A stretch of 64,000 bases of DNA, taken from assembly GCA_902626065.1 (NCBI GenBank), contig CACODT010000003.1:18895-82894 (forward strand). The letters run 5' to 3'. Below, piece after piece: positions 18,395 to 28,287 of this stretch (positions are counted from its first letter, which is position 1; each line of letters begins with the position of its first letter). The position numbers and the translations under genes are program-made. The notes under the pieces were generated by a model. The model was not told the origin of the DNA. It worked only from the letters and a program-made list of their open reading frames with translations, and ran no database searches. The DNA comes from an uncultured Candidatus Actinomarina sp. GTDB lineage: Bacteria > Actinomycetota > Acidimicrobiia > Actinomarinales > Actinomarinaceae.

Positions 18395-19672
18395 CTATTT
18401 TAACTTATTTTCTATACTGGCTACTCTTTCAGCAATTGGAGGATGAGAGTAGTAGTAAGAGCTGTACAGTGGATCAGGAGTTAAATTAGAAGCATTGTCT
18501 TTACTTAACTTCAATAAGCCTGAAATCATATACTTTCCATCAGTAAATTTAAAAGAAAAGTCATCTGCTGCAAATTCTCTTTGTCTTGATAAATAAGAAG
18601 TAATTGGTCGAGTGAAAAAGGTATACGTCCCAACAACAAGGTAAAAAAGAATAAATTTGGAATATAAAGTAAGGTCATTTAACCCATGAGATATAAAAAA
18701 GTTTTCTGACTTAAAAACCTCACTTAAAATATAAAAACCAATAAAACCAAAAACTAATGAGCTGATGAGTGACTTTCTAATATGTCCAAGTTTATAGTGA
18801 CCTAATTCGTGACCTAAGATTGCCTCCATTTCATCCGGCGTGATTGTTTCTAGTAATGTGTCATAAAAAACTATTCTCTTGTTGTTGCCAAAGCCAGTAA
18901 AAAAAGCATTTCCATGTGAACTTCGTAAACTAGCATTCATAACAAAAAGACCTTTTGCTTTAAATTTCACTTTCTCTAAAAGTTTTTCTATTGGCTTTTT
19001 AAATTGCTCATCATCAAGAGGTTCAAATTTATTAAATAAAGGCATTATAAGTACTGGATAAAGAAAGAAAATAATCAATTGTATTGAAAATACTGCACCG
19101 AAAGCGAATATCCACCAATTGCTTCCTAAGTTTTCAATTATTCCAATCACGACAGCATAAATTGAGCAAGATATTAGAGATGAGATAATCAGGTTTTTAA
19201 AAATATCTGTTACAAATGTTTTTTTAGTTGTTTTATTAAAACCATATTTTTCCTCAATGACAAATGTTGAATATATAGCTAATGGTATTTCTAGTATTTC
19301 TGAAATAATAATAATAAAAAATCCGAGAAGAATAGCACCTAATATGTTTGATGAAGTTATTCCGAGAACAATTTCTGTTAACCAACTAAGTAATCCTCCA
19401 AGGGTTAGAAGTAAGAGAATCAATATACTTACAAAAGAAACAAGGATCTGAAACTTTAACCTGTCAAGGTTGTAGTCTGTAGATTTTTTATATTCCTCGC
19501 TATTAACAATATTTTCAAATCTTTTTGGAACTCTTCCTTCGTTTTGTTTTATAGAATTTATGTTTCGATATTTTAAATATGTCTCAATAGTAAATTTCAA
19601 TCCTATAAATAAAATAAATAGCGTTGTGAAGTTAATTGACTCTACAGTATTGAGAATTTCCATATCAAACAA
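18395..19672 (-). CDS. M48 family zinc metalloprotease (Ste24/HtpX-like)
   Basis: 425 aa, multi-TM N-terminus. HExxH 'LGHELGHYKLGH'. Downstream 'REFAADDF' and 'SHPPIAERV' are typical of M48A. Confidence 0.85.
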   Translation of the reverse strand: MFDMEILNTVESINFTTLFILFIGLKFTIETYLKYRNINSIKQNEGRVPKRFENIVNSEEYKKSTDYNLDRLKFQILVSFVSILILLLLTLGGLLSWLTEIVLGITSSNILGAILLGFFIIIISEILEIPLAIYSTFVIEEKYGFNKTTKKTFVTDIFKNLIISSLISCSIYAVVIGIIENLGSNWWIFAFGAVFSIQLIIFFLYPVLIMPLFNKFEPLDDEQFKKPIEKLLEKVKFKAKGLFVMNASLRSSHGNAFFTGFGNNKRIVFYDTLLETITPDEMEAILGHELGHYKLGHIRKSLISSLVFGFIGFYILSEVFKSENFFISHGLNDLTLYSKFILFYLVVGTYTFFTRPITSYLSRQREFAADDFSFKFTDGKYMISGLLKLSKDNASNLTPDPLYSSYYYSHPPIAERVASIENKLK

Positions 19673-19794
19673 TATTAACTGTTTTGACGGTATCTAAATA
19701 ATTTTTTCATAGTAAAAATAAAAAAAACTAAGAATTGTTATAAGTAAAAAAATCATTGATACTGGTAGCCCTTAATTATCTAATTCTTTTATGT

Positions 19795-20559
19795 TCACTT
19801 ACCAAATCTTCTATCTCTCTGTATGTATTCCCTTAAACATCTTAAAAAATCAATTTTTCTGAATTCAGGCCAATAAACATCCTGGAATACAACTTCTGAA
19901 TAAGCGCTTTGCCATAATAGAAATCCTGAAAGTCTTGACTCACCGCTTGTTCTAATTATTAAATCGATATCTGGAGAGTCTGGAGAATATAAATGATCTC
20001 TTATTTGATCGTCATTGATGCTTGTTATTAAGTCTTCAATATCCAACTCTTTATTTTCTTGAATTAAACTTTTTATAGCATCTACTATCTCTTGCCTTCC
20101 GCCGTAACCAAGTGCGATAGTTAAAATCTTCTCACCACCACCTCTTATTTCTTGTAATTGTTTTATAGTATTTTGAAGATAATCTGGAAGTAAGTCGATA
20201 CTACCAACAAAATTTATCTTAAAATTATCAACCAAATCATCAATTAATAGTTCTTGAAACAACTCATTAAGAACAAAATAATAAGAACTTAGCTCTTCTT
20301 CTGGTCTTGATAAGTTCTCTTTTGAAAGTAACCAACTAGTAACATGATTTATTCCAAGTTCATCACACCAAGAGAGACACTCCTTAAATCGAATCATTCC
20401 AATCCTATAAGAAACCTCATAACTTAGTAAATTTTCTCTTCTTGCATATCTTCTATGACCATCATGGATAAGACCTATGTGTTGTGGAAGATTTTCGTTT
20501 TTTATCTTATTTTGAAGTCGTGTTTCATATACTGAATAGACAAATCTTGGAGTTACCAT
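19795..20559 (-). CDS. uppS: cis-Prenyltransferase (undecaprenyl/decaprenyl diphosphate synthase family)
   Basis: 'HIGLIHDGHRRYA' (the DGNRRWA-type motif) and 'IRTSGESRLSGFLLWQSAYSE'. Confidence 0.85.
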   Translation of the reverse strand: MVTPRFVYSVYETRLQNKIKNENLPQHIGLIHDGHRRYARRENLLSYEVSYRIGMIRFKECLSWCDELGINHVTSWLLSKENLSRPEEELSSYYFVLNELFQELLIDDLVDNFKINFVGSIDLLPDYLQNTIKQLQEIRGGGEKILTIALGYGGRQEIVDAIKSLIQENKELDIEDLITSINDDQIRDHLYSPDSPDIDLIIRTSGESRLSGFLLWQSAYSEVVFQDVYWPEFRKIDFLRCLREYIQRDRRFGK

Positions 20560-20561
20560 AA

Positions 20562-21986
20562 TTAATTACAGATTGCTTCAATATCTTCGATAGTTTTTGG
20601 AGCTCCACTAGTGAGGTTGATTGGATCTTCTTCGGTACAAACTATATCATCTTCAATTCTTATTCCAATTCCTAGAAGATCTTTTGGAATTTTATGCTTA
20701 ATTGATTTTGCATCTTTAAGCTCTTCATTTTCTAATATTGTGGCCTTTTCCATACCAAGCTGTTTTCTTCTTTCTCTTATCTCTTTCGGATCTCTTTCAA
20801 GTAACTTAAATTCAATCTCTGGTTTATTTGGCCGTATGTATATTCCAGGCTCAACTGTTGTGACCATACCTGGTTTTAATTTTCTAGGTTTATTTTTTTC
20901 TTCAGTACTCCCAGCATCATGGACGTCTAATCCCAACCAATGACCCGTCCCATGCATAAAAAATTCAAAATAATGCATCATCGATATTGTTTCGTCTACA
21001 CCCATTGGAACTAAACCTAAGTCAACTAAAGATTGAGATATAGAGGCGACTGTTAACTCGTGAATACCTGACATTGTGTTACTTGTATTCACGTTATTTA
21101 TTCCCAACAATTGAGCCTTTAAAACTTCTTCGTAAATATCTTTTTGAGGACTAGAAAACTTTCCATTTATTGGAAATGTTCTTGTGACATCAGAAGAATA
21201 CATATTGTATTCTGCACCCGCATCAATCAAGATCAAACCATCATTAGCTACTTTATCTCTATTTGTTGAGTAATGTAGAATGCAAGAGTTGTCACCGGAA
21301 GCAACAATAGATGGATAACCTAGTCTCTCCGCTCCAAGATCATAAAAAGTTTTTTCCATCTCAGCCTCAATCTGATATTCGAACATATTTTTTTTTGTAA
21401 ATTGCATAGCTACTTTGTGCCCTTCGACGGTTATATCACAAGCATTTTTCAAGTACGTTATTTCATCAGAATTCTTTATAAGACGAAGTTCAGAAAGTAT
21501 TGGTGACAATGAATTAATTATTGCTTTACCAAAGCTTGAGCCCCTTTGGTCATAAGAAGAAGCTAAATCAATCACTTTTTTATCAAATTTTTCAAAATTG
21601 TTACTGGAGTAATCACAGTAAATATTTTCAATACCAGATAATAATTTTGGAGCTATTGTCTCAAAGTCTTCATAAACAAAAGCATCGGCCACACCAAAAT
21701 ATTTTTTTGCTCCATCTGGCCCAAATCTTTTTCCATCCCAAGTTTCCATCTCAATATTTCTATCCTGAACAAATAAGTAGAGCTCTGGTTTTTTATTGTT
21801 GATAATGATTACTGCATGAGCAAATGGCTCCGGCCAACTAGTTAGATAATGGAAATTTGAATTTTGTCTGAAATCAAATGCGACATCATTATTCCTATAT
21901 ACAGTATTGTTTCCATGTATTAGAACAGCACCTTCAACAATCTTCTTAGAAAGATTCTCTCGATTTAATTGTGATAATTTAATCAT
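20562..21986 (-). CDS. pepP: Xaa-Pro aminopeptidase (M24B)
   Basis: 474 aa. 'LILIDAGAEYNMYSSDVTRTFP', 'HGTGHWLGLDVHD', 'VTTVEPGIY' and 'GIRIEDDI' are M24B metal ligand motifs. Confidence 0.85.
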   Translation of the reverse strand: MIKLSQLNRENLSKKIVEGAVLIHGNNTVYRNNDVAFDFRQNSNFHYLTSWPEPFAHAVIIINNKKPELYLFVQDRNIEMETWDGKRFGPDGAKKYFGVADAFVYEDFETIAPKLLSGIENIYCDYSSNNFEKFDKKVIDLASSYDQRGSSFGKAIINSLSPILSELRLIKNSDEITYLKNACDITVEGHKVAMQFTKKNMFEYQIEAEMEKTFYDLGAERLGYPSIVASGDNSCILHYSTNRDKVANDGLILIDAGAEYNMYSSDVTRTFPINGKFSSPQKDIYEEVLKAQLLGINNVNTSNTMSGIHELTVASISQSLVDLGLVPMGVDETISMMHYFEFFMHGTGHWLGLDVHDAGSTEEKNKPRKLKPGMVTTVEPGIYIRPNKPEIEFKLLERDPKEIRERRKQLGMEKATILENEELKDAKSIKHKIPKDLLGIGIRIEDDIVCTEEDPINLTSGAPKTIEDIEAICN

Positions 21987-22043
21987 TCAGATAAGGATAA
22001 TGTAGATAAGTAGAAAATTGCTAGTAGATTTTTATATCGAATT

Positions 22044-23420
22044 TTAATTTAAGGTTTTTAAAACCTCTTTAGCTAATGCAATTGCTTGCTCTTTTGATAC
22101 CTCCCCTTCATTAATTCTCTGTTCATAAAGTGAGTCCATAATCTTTCCAAGAGTAGGTCCCGGCTTTAAGTTTAAAATTTCCATTATTTCATTACCATCA
22201 ACCGGGGGTCTTAACTTACTTAATTCCTCTTTTTCTTTTACTGCTTCGATTCTTTTTTCTAATTCATCGAGATACTTATAAATAGTTTCAGCTTTTTCAT
22301 TGTTTTTAGTTGTGACATCGCATCTTACTAATTCATTTAATTCTTCTAACATATCTCCAGCATCAATTATGTATCTTCTGACAGCAGAATCGGTCCATCC
22401 CATTTTGAATGTATGAGGTCTTAGGTGGTTTTCAACTAATAAAGCAACTGAGGATATAAGTTTTTTTGGATATCTTAATTTTTGAAGAATATCTATCGTC
22501 ATTCTTGCCCCAACAACCTCGTGATGTCGAAAATGGACTTTTCCGTTATCAACTCCCTTTGTTGCTGGTTTACCAATATCATGCAATAACGCACCTAGTC
22601 TTAATGTTAAATCTTGAGATACATTGCTTGTTACTTGAAGCGTGTGTTCATAAACATCTTTATGATGATGGTTGGGATCTACTTCTATTTTCAGATCTTT
22701 TATTTCAGGAATGACATAATCTACTAAATTACTTTCAACTAAAGCTTTAATTCCTAAAGCTACATGTTTTCCAATAATTAATTTAGAAAATTCATCTCTT
22801 ATTCTTTCCTTACTCACAATTTCCATTCTTTTAATATTTTTTTGTATCGATGCAAATATTTCCGTATCAGGTGTAAAACCATGTGAACTAATAAAGCGGC
22901 ATAGCCTGATCATTCGTAATGGATCTTCTGAAAATGATTGGTCTGGATTGTTAGGCGACTTAAGCTTGCCTTCAGAAAGATCTTTGAGTCCGTTGTAGGG
23001 GTCAATTAATTCATTTTTATCTATATCAAAAGCTATAGAATTTATAGTGAAATCTCTACGAATTAAATCGTCGTCAATATTTCTGGATTTTTCTACGTTT
23101 GGCTTCCTTGAGTCTTCAGTATATGATTCATTTCTAAATTGAGTTATATGTACTGTAAAATCATTAAATGTTGTCTCAATTGTTCCAAATTTAATACCTA
23201 TGTCAGTAGTTTTATAATTATTATTTTCTAAGAGTTGCTTTGATTCTTCAGGTGAAGCGTTTGTTGTGAAATCAAAATCTTTAGTATTTATATCTAAAAT
23301 AAAATCCCGTACAGCACCACCAACTAAATAAAAACTAAATTGGTTACGATTATATAAATCTGTTAGATCCCTTAAAAATGGGTAATCGTTTATTCGATTT
23401 AATAAAGTTGTTGGTACCAT
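22044..23420 (-). CDS. cca: CCA tRNA nucleotidyltransferase / poly(A) polymerase family with HD domain
   Basis: 'YLVGGAVRDFILD', 'DFDFTT' and 'RDFTINSIAF' form the nucleotidyltransferase head. 'LGALLHDIGKP' is the HD domain. The position matches actinobacterial pcnA, next to a divergent Nudix gene. Confidence 0.85.
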   Translation of the reverse strand: MVPTTLLNRINDYPFLRDLTDLYNRNQFSFYLVGGAVRDFILDINTKDFDFTTNASPEESKQLLENNNYKTTDIGIKFGTIETTFNDFTVHITQFRNESYTEDSRKPNVEKSRNIDDDLIRRDFTINSIAFDIDKNELIDPYNGLKDLSEGKLKSPNNPDQSFSEDPLRMIRLCRFISSHGFTPDTEIFASIQKNIKRMEIVSKERIRDEFSKLIIGKHVALGIKALVESNLVDYVIPEIKDLKIEVDPNHHHKDVYEHTLQVTSNVSQDLTLRLGALLHDIGKPATKGVDNGKVHFRHHEVVGARMTIDILQKLRYPKKLISSVALLVENHLRPHTFKMGWTDSAVRRYIIDAGDMLEELNELVRCDVTTKNNEKAETIYKYLDELEKRIEAVKEKEELSKLRPPVDGNEIMEILNLKPGPTLGKIMDSLYEQRINEGEVSKEQAIALAKEVLKTLN

Positions 23421-23456
23421 ATTGATAGCTTAGAAGATGTATAGAAACAATAAAGT

Positions 23457-23891
23457 ATGAATTCAGAAGTTGATTTTGCAGCGGGTGGAATCGTTTTGGT
23501 TAACGAAAAAATACTCTTGGTTAAAAATAGGTTAAGTGAGGAATACGAAAAAGACTACGATTCAAGTTTTTGGGGTTATCCAAAAGGACACTTAGATGGT
23601 AGAGAGACACCTGTTGAAGCTGCTGAAAGAGAGGTTTATGAAGAAACAGGTTTTAGAGTATCGGTTACAGAAAAAAAACCAATTGCAGAGTCACGCTATG
23701 AAATTAAAAAAGATGGCAAACCTATCCAAAAAACTGTCTGGTTTTATAAAATGAAAATCCTAGAGAGCTATGCCAAAGAACCAGATAACGAAATTGAAGA
23801 GATTGCGCTTGTACCGTACGAGAGAGCTTTCGAATTACTAGCTTACGAGGAAGATAAAAAAATTCTTAAATATGTATTCGACAGAAAATAA
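23457..23891 (+). CDS. NUDIX hydrolase
   Basis: Nudix box 'GHLDGRETPVEAAEREVYEETGF' (G-x5-E-x7-REUxEExGU). Confidence 0.85.
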   Translation: MNSEVDFAAGGIVLVNEKILLVKNRLSEEYEKDYDSSFWGYPKGHLDGRETPVEAAEREVYEETGFRVSVTEKKPIAESRYEIKKDGKPIQKTVWFYKMKILESYAKEPDNEIEEIALVPYERAFELLAYEEDKKILKYVFDRK

Positions 23892-24579
23892 AAAAATTCA
23901 TTATTTTTACAATGGTGTATTTTATACGCGAAAGTTAAATGATTTTGTAGATGATATTTTATTTGAAAAACTATATGGTGGTGCCGGATTATTAAAAAAA
24001 GTTTCAACTATATCAAAAAAATTAAATTACCGATTCAGTTCCTCAATGATAAGTGAAAACTCAATTAATTCATGGGTTGATTCAGGTTGGATAATCAATC
24101 ACAGGCTGAATGTTTGCATATTAAACCTGAAAAAATTAAATCACTCAGGTCCGAGTGAGTATGAAAATATCGAGATTAAAAAATTAGAACTTAAGGATAT
24201 AGAATACTTAATCGATCTTGATCACAAAATATTTGATGATTACTGGAAAAACTCCTCTGCAAGTTTTGAAGAAACAATGAAAAGTTGTAATAATAACTAT
24301 TTATTTAAAAGCAAAACAAAAAATGAGCTAAACGGATATGCAATTTTAGGAGAGACAAGAAGGTTTACATATCTTCAACGTATTGGAATAATAAAAAGTT
24401 TTCAAGGTAACGGTCTTGGGGAAAACCTTCTAAATAGTGTTATACAATTTTCTCTAAATAAAAAATTTATAAATATAAAACTAAATACCCAAAATGACAA
24501 TGTTTCAGCCTTAAATCTCTACAAAAAAAAAGATTTTGAAATTTCGCCTAGAAAGCTTGTAATCATGAAAACTTCATGA
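23872..24579 (+). CDS. GNAT family N-acetyltransferase (C-terminal domain)
   Basis: Acetyl-CoA motif A 'LQRIGIIKSFQGNGLGENLLNSVIQF' plus 'NVSALNLYKKKDFE'. The start is uncertain because the ORF overlaps the Nudix 3' end by 20 nt. Confidence 0.7.
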   Translation: MYSTENKKIHYFYNGVFYTRKLNDFVDDILFEKLYGGAGLLKKVSTISKKLNYRFSSSMISENSINSWVDSGWIINHRLNVCILNLKKLNHSGPSEYENIEIKKLELKDIEYLIDLDHKIFDDYWKNSSASFEETMKSCNNNYLFKSKTKNELNGYAILGETRRFTYLQRIGIIKSFQGNGLGENLLNSVIQFSLNKKFINIKLNTQNDNVSALNLYKKKDFEISPRKLVIMKTS

Positions 24580-24607
24580 ATAGTTTTACATAGCTTATGA
24601 TTAACTT

Positions 24608-24892
24608 ATGGAAGAAGATAGTTTTATAGAATCTGTTGAAAGCCTTATCAAAAGTATTAAAGACTTAATTGTTCAGCCAGTAAAAAGACTTACAGGTTTT
24701 GCGTCTTTAGGTTTGCTTCTTGTTGTACTATTAATCACTGCAGTAATATTTTTATTCTCTGGGATATTAAAAATTATGCAAGGACTTGGTCTATTACTAG
24801 GTGTAAATCCAACTGGTTTTGCAATGGGAGCGTTAGGTTTAGTTTTTATGATTTTATCATTAAATAGTTTTAGAAAGAGGAAAAGTGGATGA
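24608..24892 (+). CDS. Small 2-TM membrane protein, hypothetical
   Basis: 94 aa with two hydrophobic helices. The antisense ORF 24673..24948 is rejected. Confidence 0.5.
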   Translation: MEEDSFIESVESLIKSIKDLIVQPVKRLTGFASLGLLLVVLLITAVIFLFSGILKIMQGLGLLLGVNPTGFAMGALGLVFMILSLNSFRKRKSG

Positions 24893-25799
24893 TTTAGCAA
24901 TAATTGGCTCTGGACCAGCTGGATATACAGCAGGTATCTATGCTGCAAGAGCGAATCTTAAACCAGTTTTATTCGAAGGTTTAGAATCTGGAGGTCAATT
25001 AATGCTGACAACTGATGTTGAAAATTACCCGGGATTTGATGAGGGAATAATGGGTCCTGAAATGATGCAAGTATTTAAAAAACAGGCTGAACGATTTGGT
25101 ACAAAAATATTAACTGAAACTGTTGATACGATTGAAAAAATTGAAGATGGTTTTAAACTTACTACTTCAAAGAATAGTTACGAGTTCAAGTCTGTGATTA
25201 TCTCTTCAGGTGCATCTGCTAATTGGCTTGATATTGAAGGAGAAAAAGAACTCCAAGGACATGGTGTATCTGCATGTGCTACATGTGATGGTTTCTTTTT
25301 TAAGGATAAGAATGTAATTGTTGTTGGGGGTGGAGACTCAGCTATGGAAGAAGCTTTATTTCTTACTAAATTTGCAAAGAATGTAACTATCGTTCATCGA
25401 AGAGATTCATTTAGAGCAAGTAAAATTATGCAAGAAAGAGTACTTAATCATGAACAAATACAAGTCTCATGGAATAAAGAGGTAATTGAAATTAAAGGAA
25501 ATGGACAAGTATCCTCTGTCGTTCTTAAAGACAATCAAACAAAAGAAGAGGAAGAAAAGAATATCGATGGTGTATTTATTGCTATTGGACATACTCCTAA
25601 TGTTGGTTTTTTAGATGGATTTTTAGATCTTGATGAAAAAGGATACATTAAAACTGGTTTAACTACCGCTACAAGCACAAGTGTACCTGGTGTGTTCGCA
25701 GCAGGAGATGTTGCAGACTCAATTTACAGGCAGGCAGTAACCGCAGCTGGTACAGGATGTCAAGCAGCTATAGATGCTGAAAGGTGGCTAGAAAATTAA
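24885..25799 (+). CDS. trxB: Thioredoxin-disulfide reductase
   Basis: GTG start. 'IIGSGPAGYTAGIYAAR' (FAD), redox-active 'CATCDG', 'VVGGGDSAMEEA' (NADPH), 'GVFAAGDV'. Confidence 0.95.
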   Translation: MDDLAIIGSGPAGYTAGIYAARANLKPVLFEGLESGGQLMLTTDVENYPGFDEGIMGPEMMQVFKKQAERFGTKILTETVDTIEKIEDGFKLTTSKNSYEFKSVIISSGASANWLDIEGEKELQGHGVSACATCDGFFFKDKNVIVVGGGDSAMEEALFLTKFAKNVTIVHRRDSFRASKIMQERVLNHEQIQVSWNKEVIEIKGNGQVSSVVLKDNQTKEEEEKNIDGVFIAIGHTPNVGFLDGFLDLDEKGYIKTGLTTATSTSVPGVFAAGDVADSIYRQAVTAAGTGCQAAIDAERWLEN

Positions 25800-26739
25800 C
25801 TTTGATTCATCTTCATTTATTGATAATTTATCGGATGATGAAATTAAAGACCTAAAAAATAAATTAAATTATGCCGGATACTCAAGTGACACCAACCTAG
25901 AAGAATTAAAAAACAATATTAAAATTTTTATAGAAGATAATAGTCTGGAAAACATAATCACTAAAGAAGATCTTTGGGAAGAACTAATTAATTTTGGCTA
26001 CAAACTTGGTGATAGAATTCTAAGTTTTAATAGCACAATGCTTTATGGTTCGGATGTAGAAGAGCTACAAGAACTTTTATCAAGAATGGGGTTTTATTCT
26101 GAACCAATTAATGGTTTATATTCAAATAGTGTGGCACAAGCAGTAACTAGATTTCAAGAGAACAGAGGTTTAGCTATTGACGGAGTTGTTGGCTTAAATA
26201 CTGTTTATGAAATTAGAAAATTAGTTAGGCCTGGTCAAGAAATTTCATTAAATGAAGCAATAAAATCAATTTCTCCAAACCTTGTTACCGGAACAATAGG
26301 ATTTAATGTTTGTTTTGATGTTCCTAATACGGGAAGTTATAAAGAACAAATAAACTTTTATCAACAAATAAGGAAAAGCTGCATTGATGAAGGGATGATC
26401 CCGTTATTTGCTTCTGAAGTAAACGAGGATCTTGATATTAAAAATAAGATTCAATATATAAATAATCTACAACCAACTTTATTTATCTCTTTTAATCAAA
26501 CAACTAGTGAATCAATTAATTATTTTAAGGGTAGATTTTCTGAGAGTATTATTGGTAAACAAATAGCAGAAGATTTATCAAAAACTTTAGAGGTTGAAAA
26601 GGTAGGAAAGTCTTCGATCATTTTAAAAGAGACAAAATCCGTAGGAATTGTAATAAATGGTAAATTTTACCAAAAATTTAATGTTGATAGTATTATAAAA
26701 TCATTGTTTAATTCTCTTAAGAATCAATTTGAAAGCTAA
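25795..26739 (+). CDS. cwlM: CwlM-like protein: two PG_binding_1-like repeats plus a degenerate amidase_3 domain. The start codon is uncertain; the only canonical start is ATG 26038.
   Basis: Track ORF 26038..26739 encodes 'VEELQELLSRMGFYSEPINGLYSNSVAQAVTRFQENRGLAIDGVVGLNT', a PG-binding repeat. It is followed by an amidase_3-like region lacking the usual GHGG/His ligands ('CFDVPNTGSY', 'LFISFNQTT'). The same frame stays open back to 25792 and encodes a second, degenerate PG-binding-like repeat ('IKDLKNKLNYAGYSSDTNLEELKNNIKIFIEDNSLENIITKEDLWEEL'). That extension contains no ATG, GTG or TTG. ATT at 25795 sits 7 nt after 'AGGTGG'. Confidence 0.6.
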   Translation: MNFDSSSFIDNLSDDEIKDLKNKLNYAGYSSDTNLEELKNNIKIFIEDNSLENIITKEDLWEELINFGYKLGDRILSFNSTMLYGSDVEELQELLSRMGFYSEPINGLYSNSVAQAVTRFQENRGLAIDGVVGLNTVYEIRKLVRPGQEISLNEAIKSISPNLVTGTIGFNVCFDVPNTGSYKEQINFYQQIRKSCIDEGMIPLFASEVNEDLDIKNKIQYINNLQPTLFISFNQTTSESINYFKGRFSESIIGKQIAEDLSKTLEVEKVGKSSIILKETKSVGIVINGKFYQKFNVDSIIKSLFNSLKNQFES

Positions 26740-27533
26740 TTTATTCTGTTTACAAAATTATCAAGTTTTTCTTTAGATTCAAATGTAAGTGAGATTTTGT
26801 ACTTTTTTTTACTCTTATTAATCTTTACTTTTGATCCAGCTTTGTCTTCAAAAAAATTTTTATAATGAGATACTTCTTCGTCTGAAACATTTTCAATATT
26901 TAGGTTTCTTATTTTATCCTCAACTGCCCTACTAGAAAGTTTGAAAGATATTATTTCATCTAAAATCTGATTTTGTAATTCTTCGTTTAAATTAATGAGC
27001 GGTCTAACCTGTCCCATCGTTACAATTTGATCTTGTAGGGCTTTGTAAACTTTTTCACTTAAATTTGTTAATCTCAAAATATTTGAAACGTGAGCTCTAC
27101 TTTTGCCAACAAGTATACCAATTTCCTCAGGGCTCAAATTAAATTTTGACGATATGTCTTTATATCCCATAGCTTCTTCAATATGATTTAATCTTTCTCT
27201 TTGAATATTTTCTACTAGACCAATAATTGCTGCATCTCTCTCACCAATATCTTTTATTAAACATGGAACTTTATTTAATCCAACTAATTTTGAGGCCCTG
27301 AGTCTTCTTTCACCAGCAATCAATCTGTATCTATTTGGTTCAGTTTCTTGAACAATTAATGGCTGTAAGAGACCGTTTTTCTGAATTGAATTTTTTAATT
27401 CATTTAACTTACTGTTATCAAAAGTTTTCCTGGCTTGTGTGTTGCTTTCAGCTATATCTTCTATATTTATTTCTTTTATTTTATATTCTCTTACGTTTGT
27501 GTCAGTTATAAGACTGCTCAATGATCTTTTCAT
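26736..27533 (-). CDS. parB: Chromosome partitioning protein ParB
   Basis: 'GLLQPLIVQE' and 'YRLIAGERRLRASKL' ParB boxes. HTH 'SPEEIGILVGKSRAHVSNILRL'. Confidence 0.95.
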   Translation of the reverse strand: MKRSLSSLITDTNVREYKIKEINIEDIAESNTQARKTFDNSKLNELKNSIQKNGLLQPLIVQETEPNRYRLIAGERRLRASKLVGLNKVPCLIKDIGERDAAIIGLVENIQRERLNHIEEAMGYKDISSKFNLSPEEIGILVGKSRAHVSNILRLTNLSEKVYKALQDQIVTMGQVRPLINLNEELQNQILDEIISFKLSSRAVEDKIRNLNIENVSDEEVSHYKNFFEDKAGSKVKINKSKKKYKISLTFESKEKLDNFVNRIN

Positions 27534-28287
27534 TTAGGGCCATCCTTTCTAATAGTTCTTTTGCTAATTTATAAAATTCTTTTTTTGATTTACTATGTTC
27601 ATCAAATTCATCAACTGTTTTTAAATAAAACGGACTATCGGCAACCTCTGCTGAACTAGAAATTTTTGAATTTATTAATTTATCAGCAAGTAAATATTCG
27701 AGTTCCTTTTCAAAATCTATGTAACTTGATCTAGTGATATCGACCTGATTAAGAACTACTCCCAAAAAAATTGGGCTTATACTTATTTGTCTTGAGATTG
27801 TTTCCTTTGCAAACTTCATTGCTTGGGATACTCCCTCAATTGCTAAAAATTCAGGCTTTGTTGGAATTAAGTAAAAATCAGAAGCACAAATAGCTTCTTG
27901 TACAAGAGAGCTCATTGTTGGAGGGGTATCAATTATGACAATATCAAAATTTGAAAAAACAAATGATTTTAATTTTTGCTGTAATATAGAACCCCCAACG
28001 ATTTTTTCATTATTAAATTTTAAAATTGTTTCGTTTGATGGAATTATTCCAAGATTTTCTTCTAAAAACCCAATTTCTTTCTCAGTTTTTCCAAGTAATA
28101 AATCTTGTGAAGTAAGTATGTTTTCATTATTTTTATCAAAATCGAGGTAAGTTGATGTATTTCCCTGAGGATCAAGATCAATAATCAATGTTTTTATATC
28201 ATTTTTTGAATAGATTTTTGCAATATTTACAACAAGTGTTGTTTTTCCAACACCTCCTTTTTGACATAATATTGCTAAAGATTTCAC
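27502..28287 (-). CDS. parA: Chromosome partitioning ATPase ParA/Soj
   Basis: Deviant Walker A 'CQKGGVGKTT'; 'IIDLDPQGN'; 'VIIDTPP'. GTG start overlaps the rsmG stop (GTGA). Confidence 0.95.
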   Translation of the reverse strand: MKSLAILCQKGGVGKTTLVVNIAKIYSKNDIKTLIIDLDPQGNTSTYLDFDKNNENILTSQDLLLGKTEKEIGFLEENLGIIPSNETILKFNNEKIVGGSILQQKLKSFVFSNFDIVIIDTPPTMSSLVQEAICASDFYLIPTKPEFLAIEGVSQAMKFAKETISRQISISPIFLGVVLNQVDITRSSYIDFEKELEYLLADKLINSKISSSAEVADSPFYLKTVDEFDEHSKSKKEFYKLAKELLERMALNEKIIEQSYN

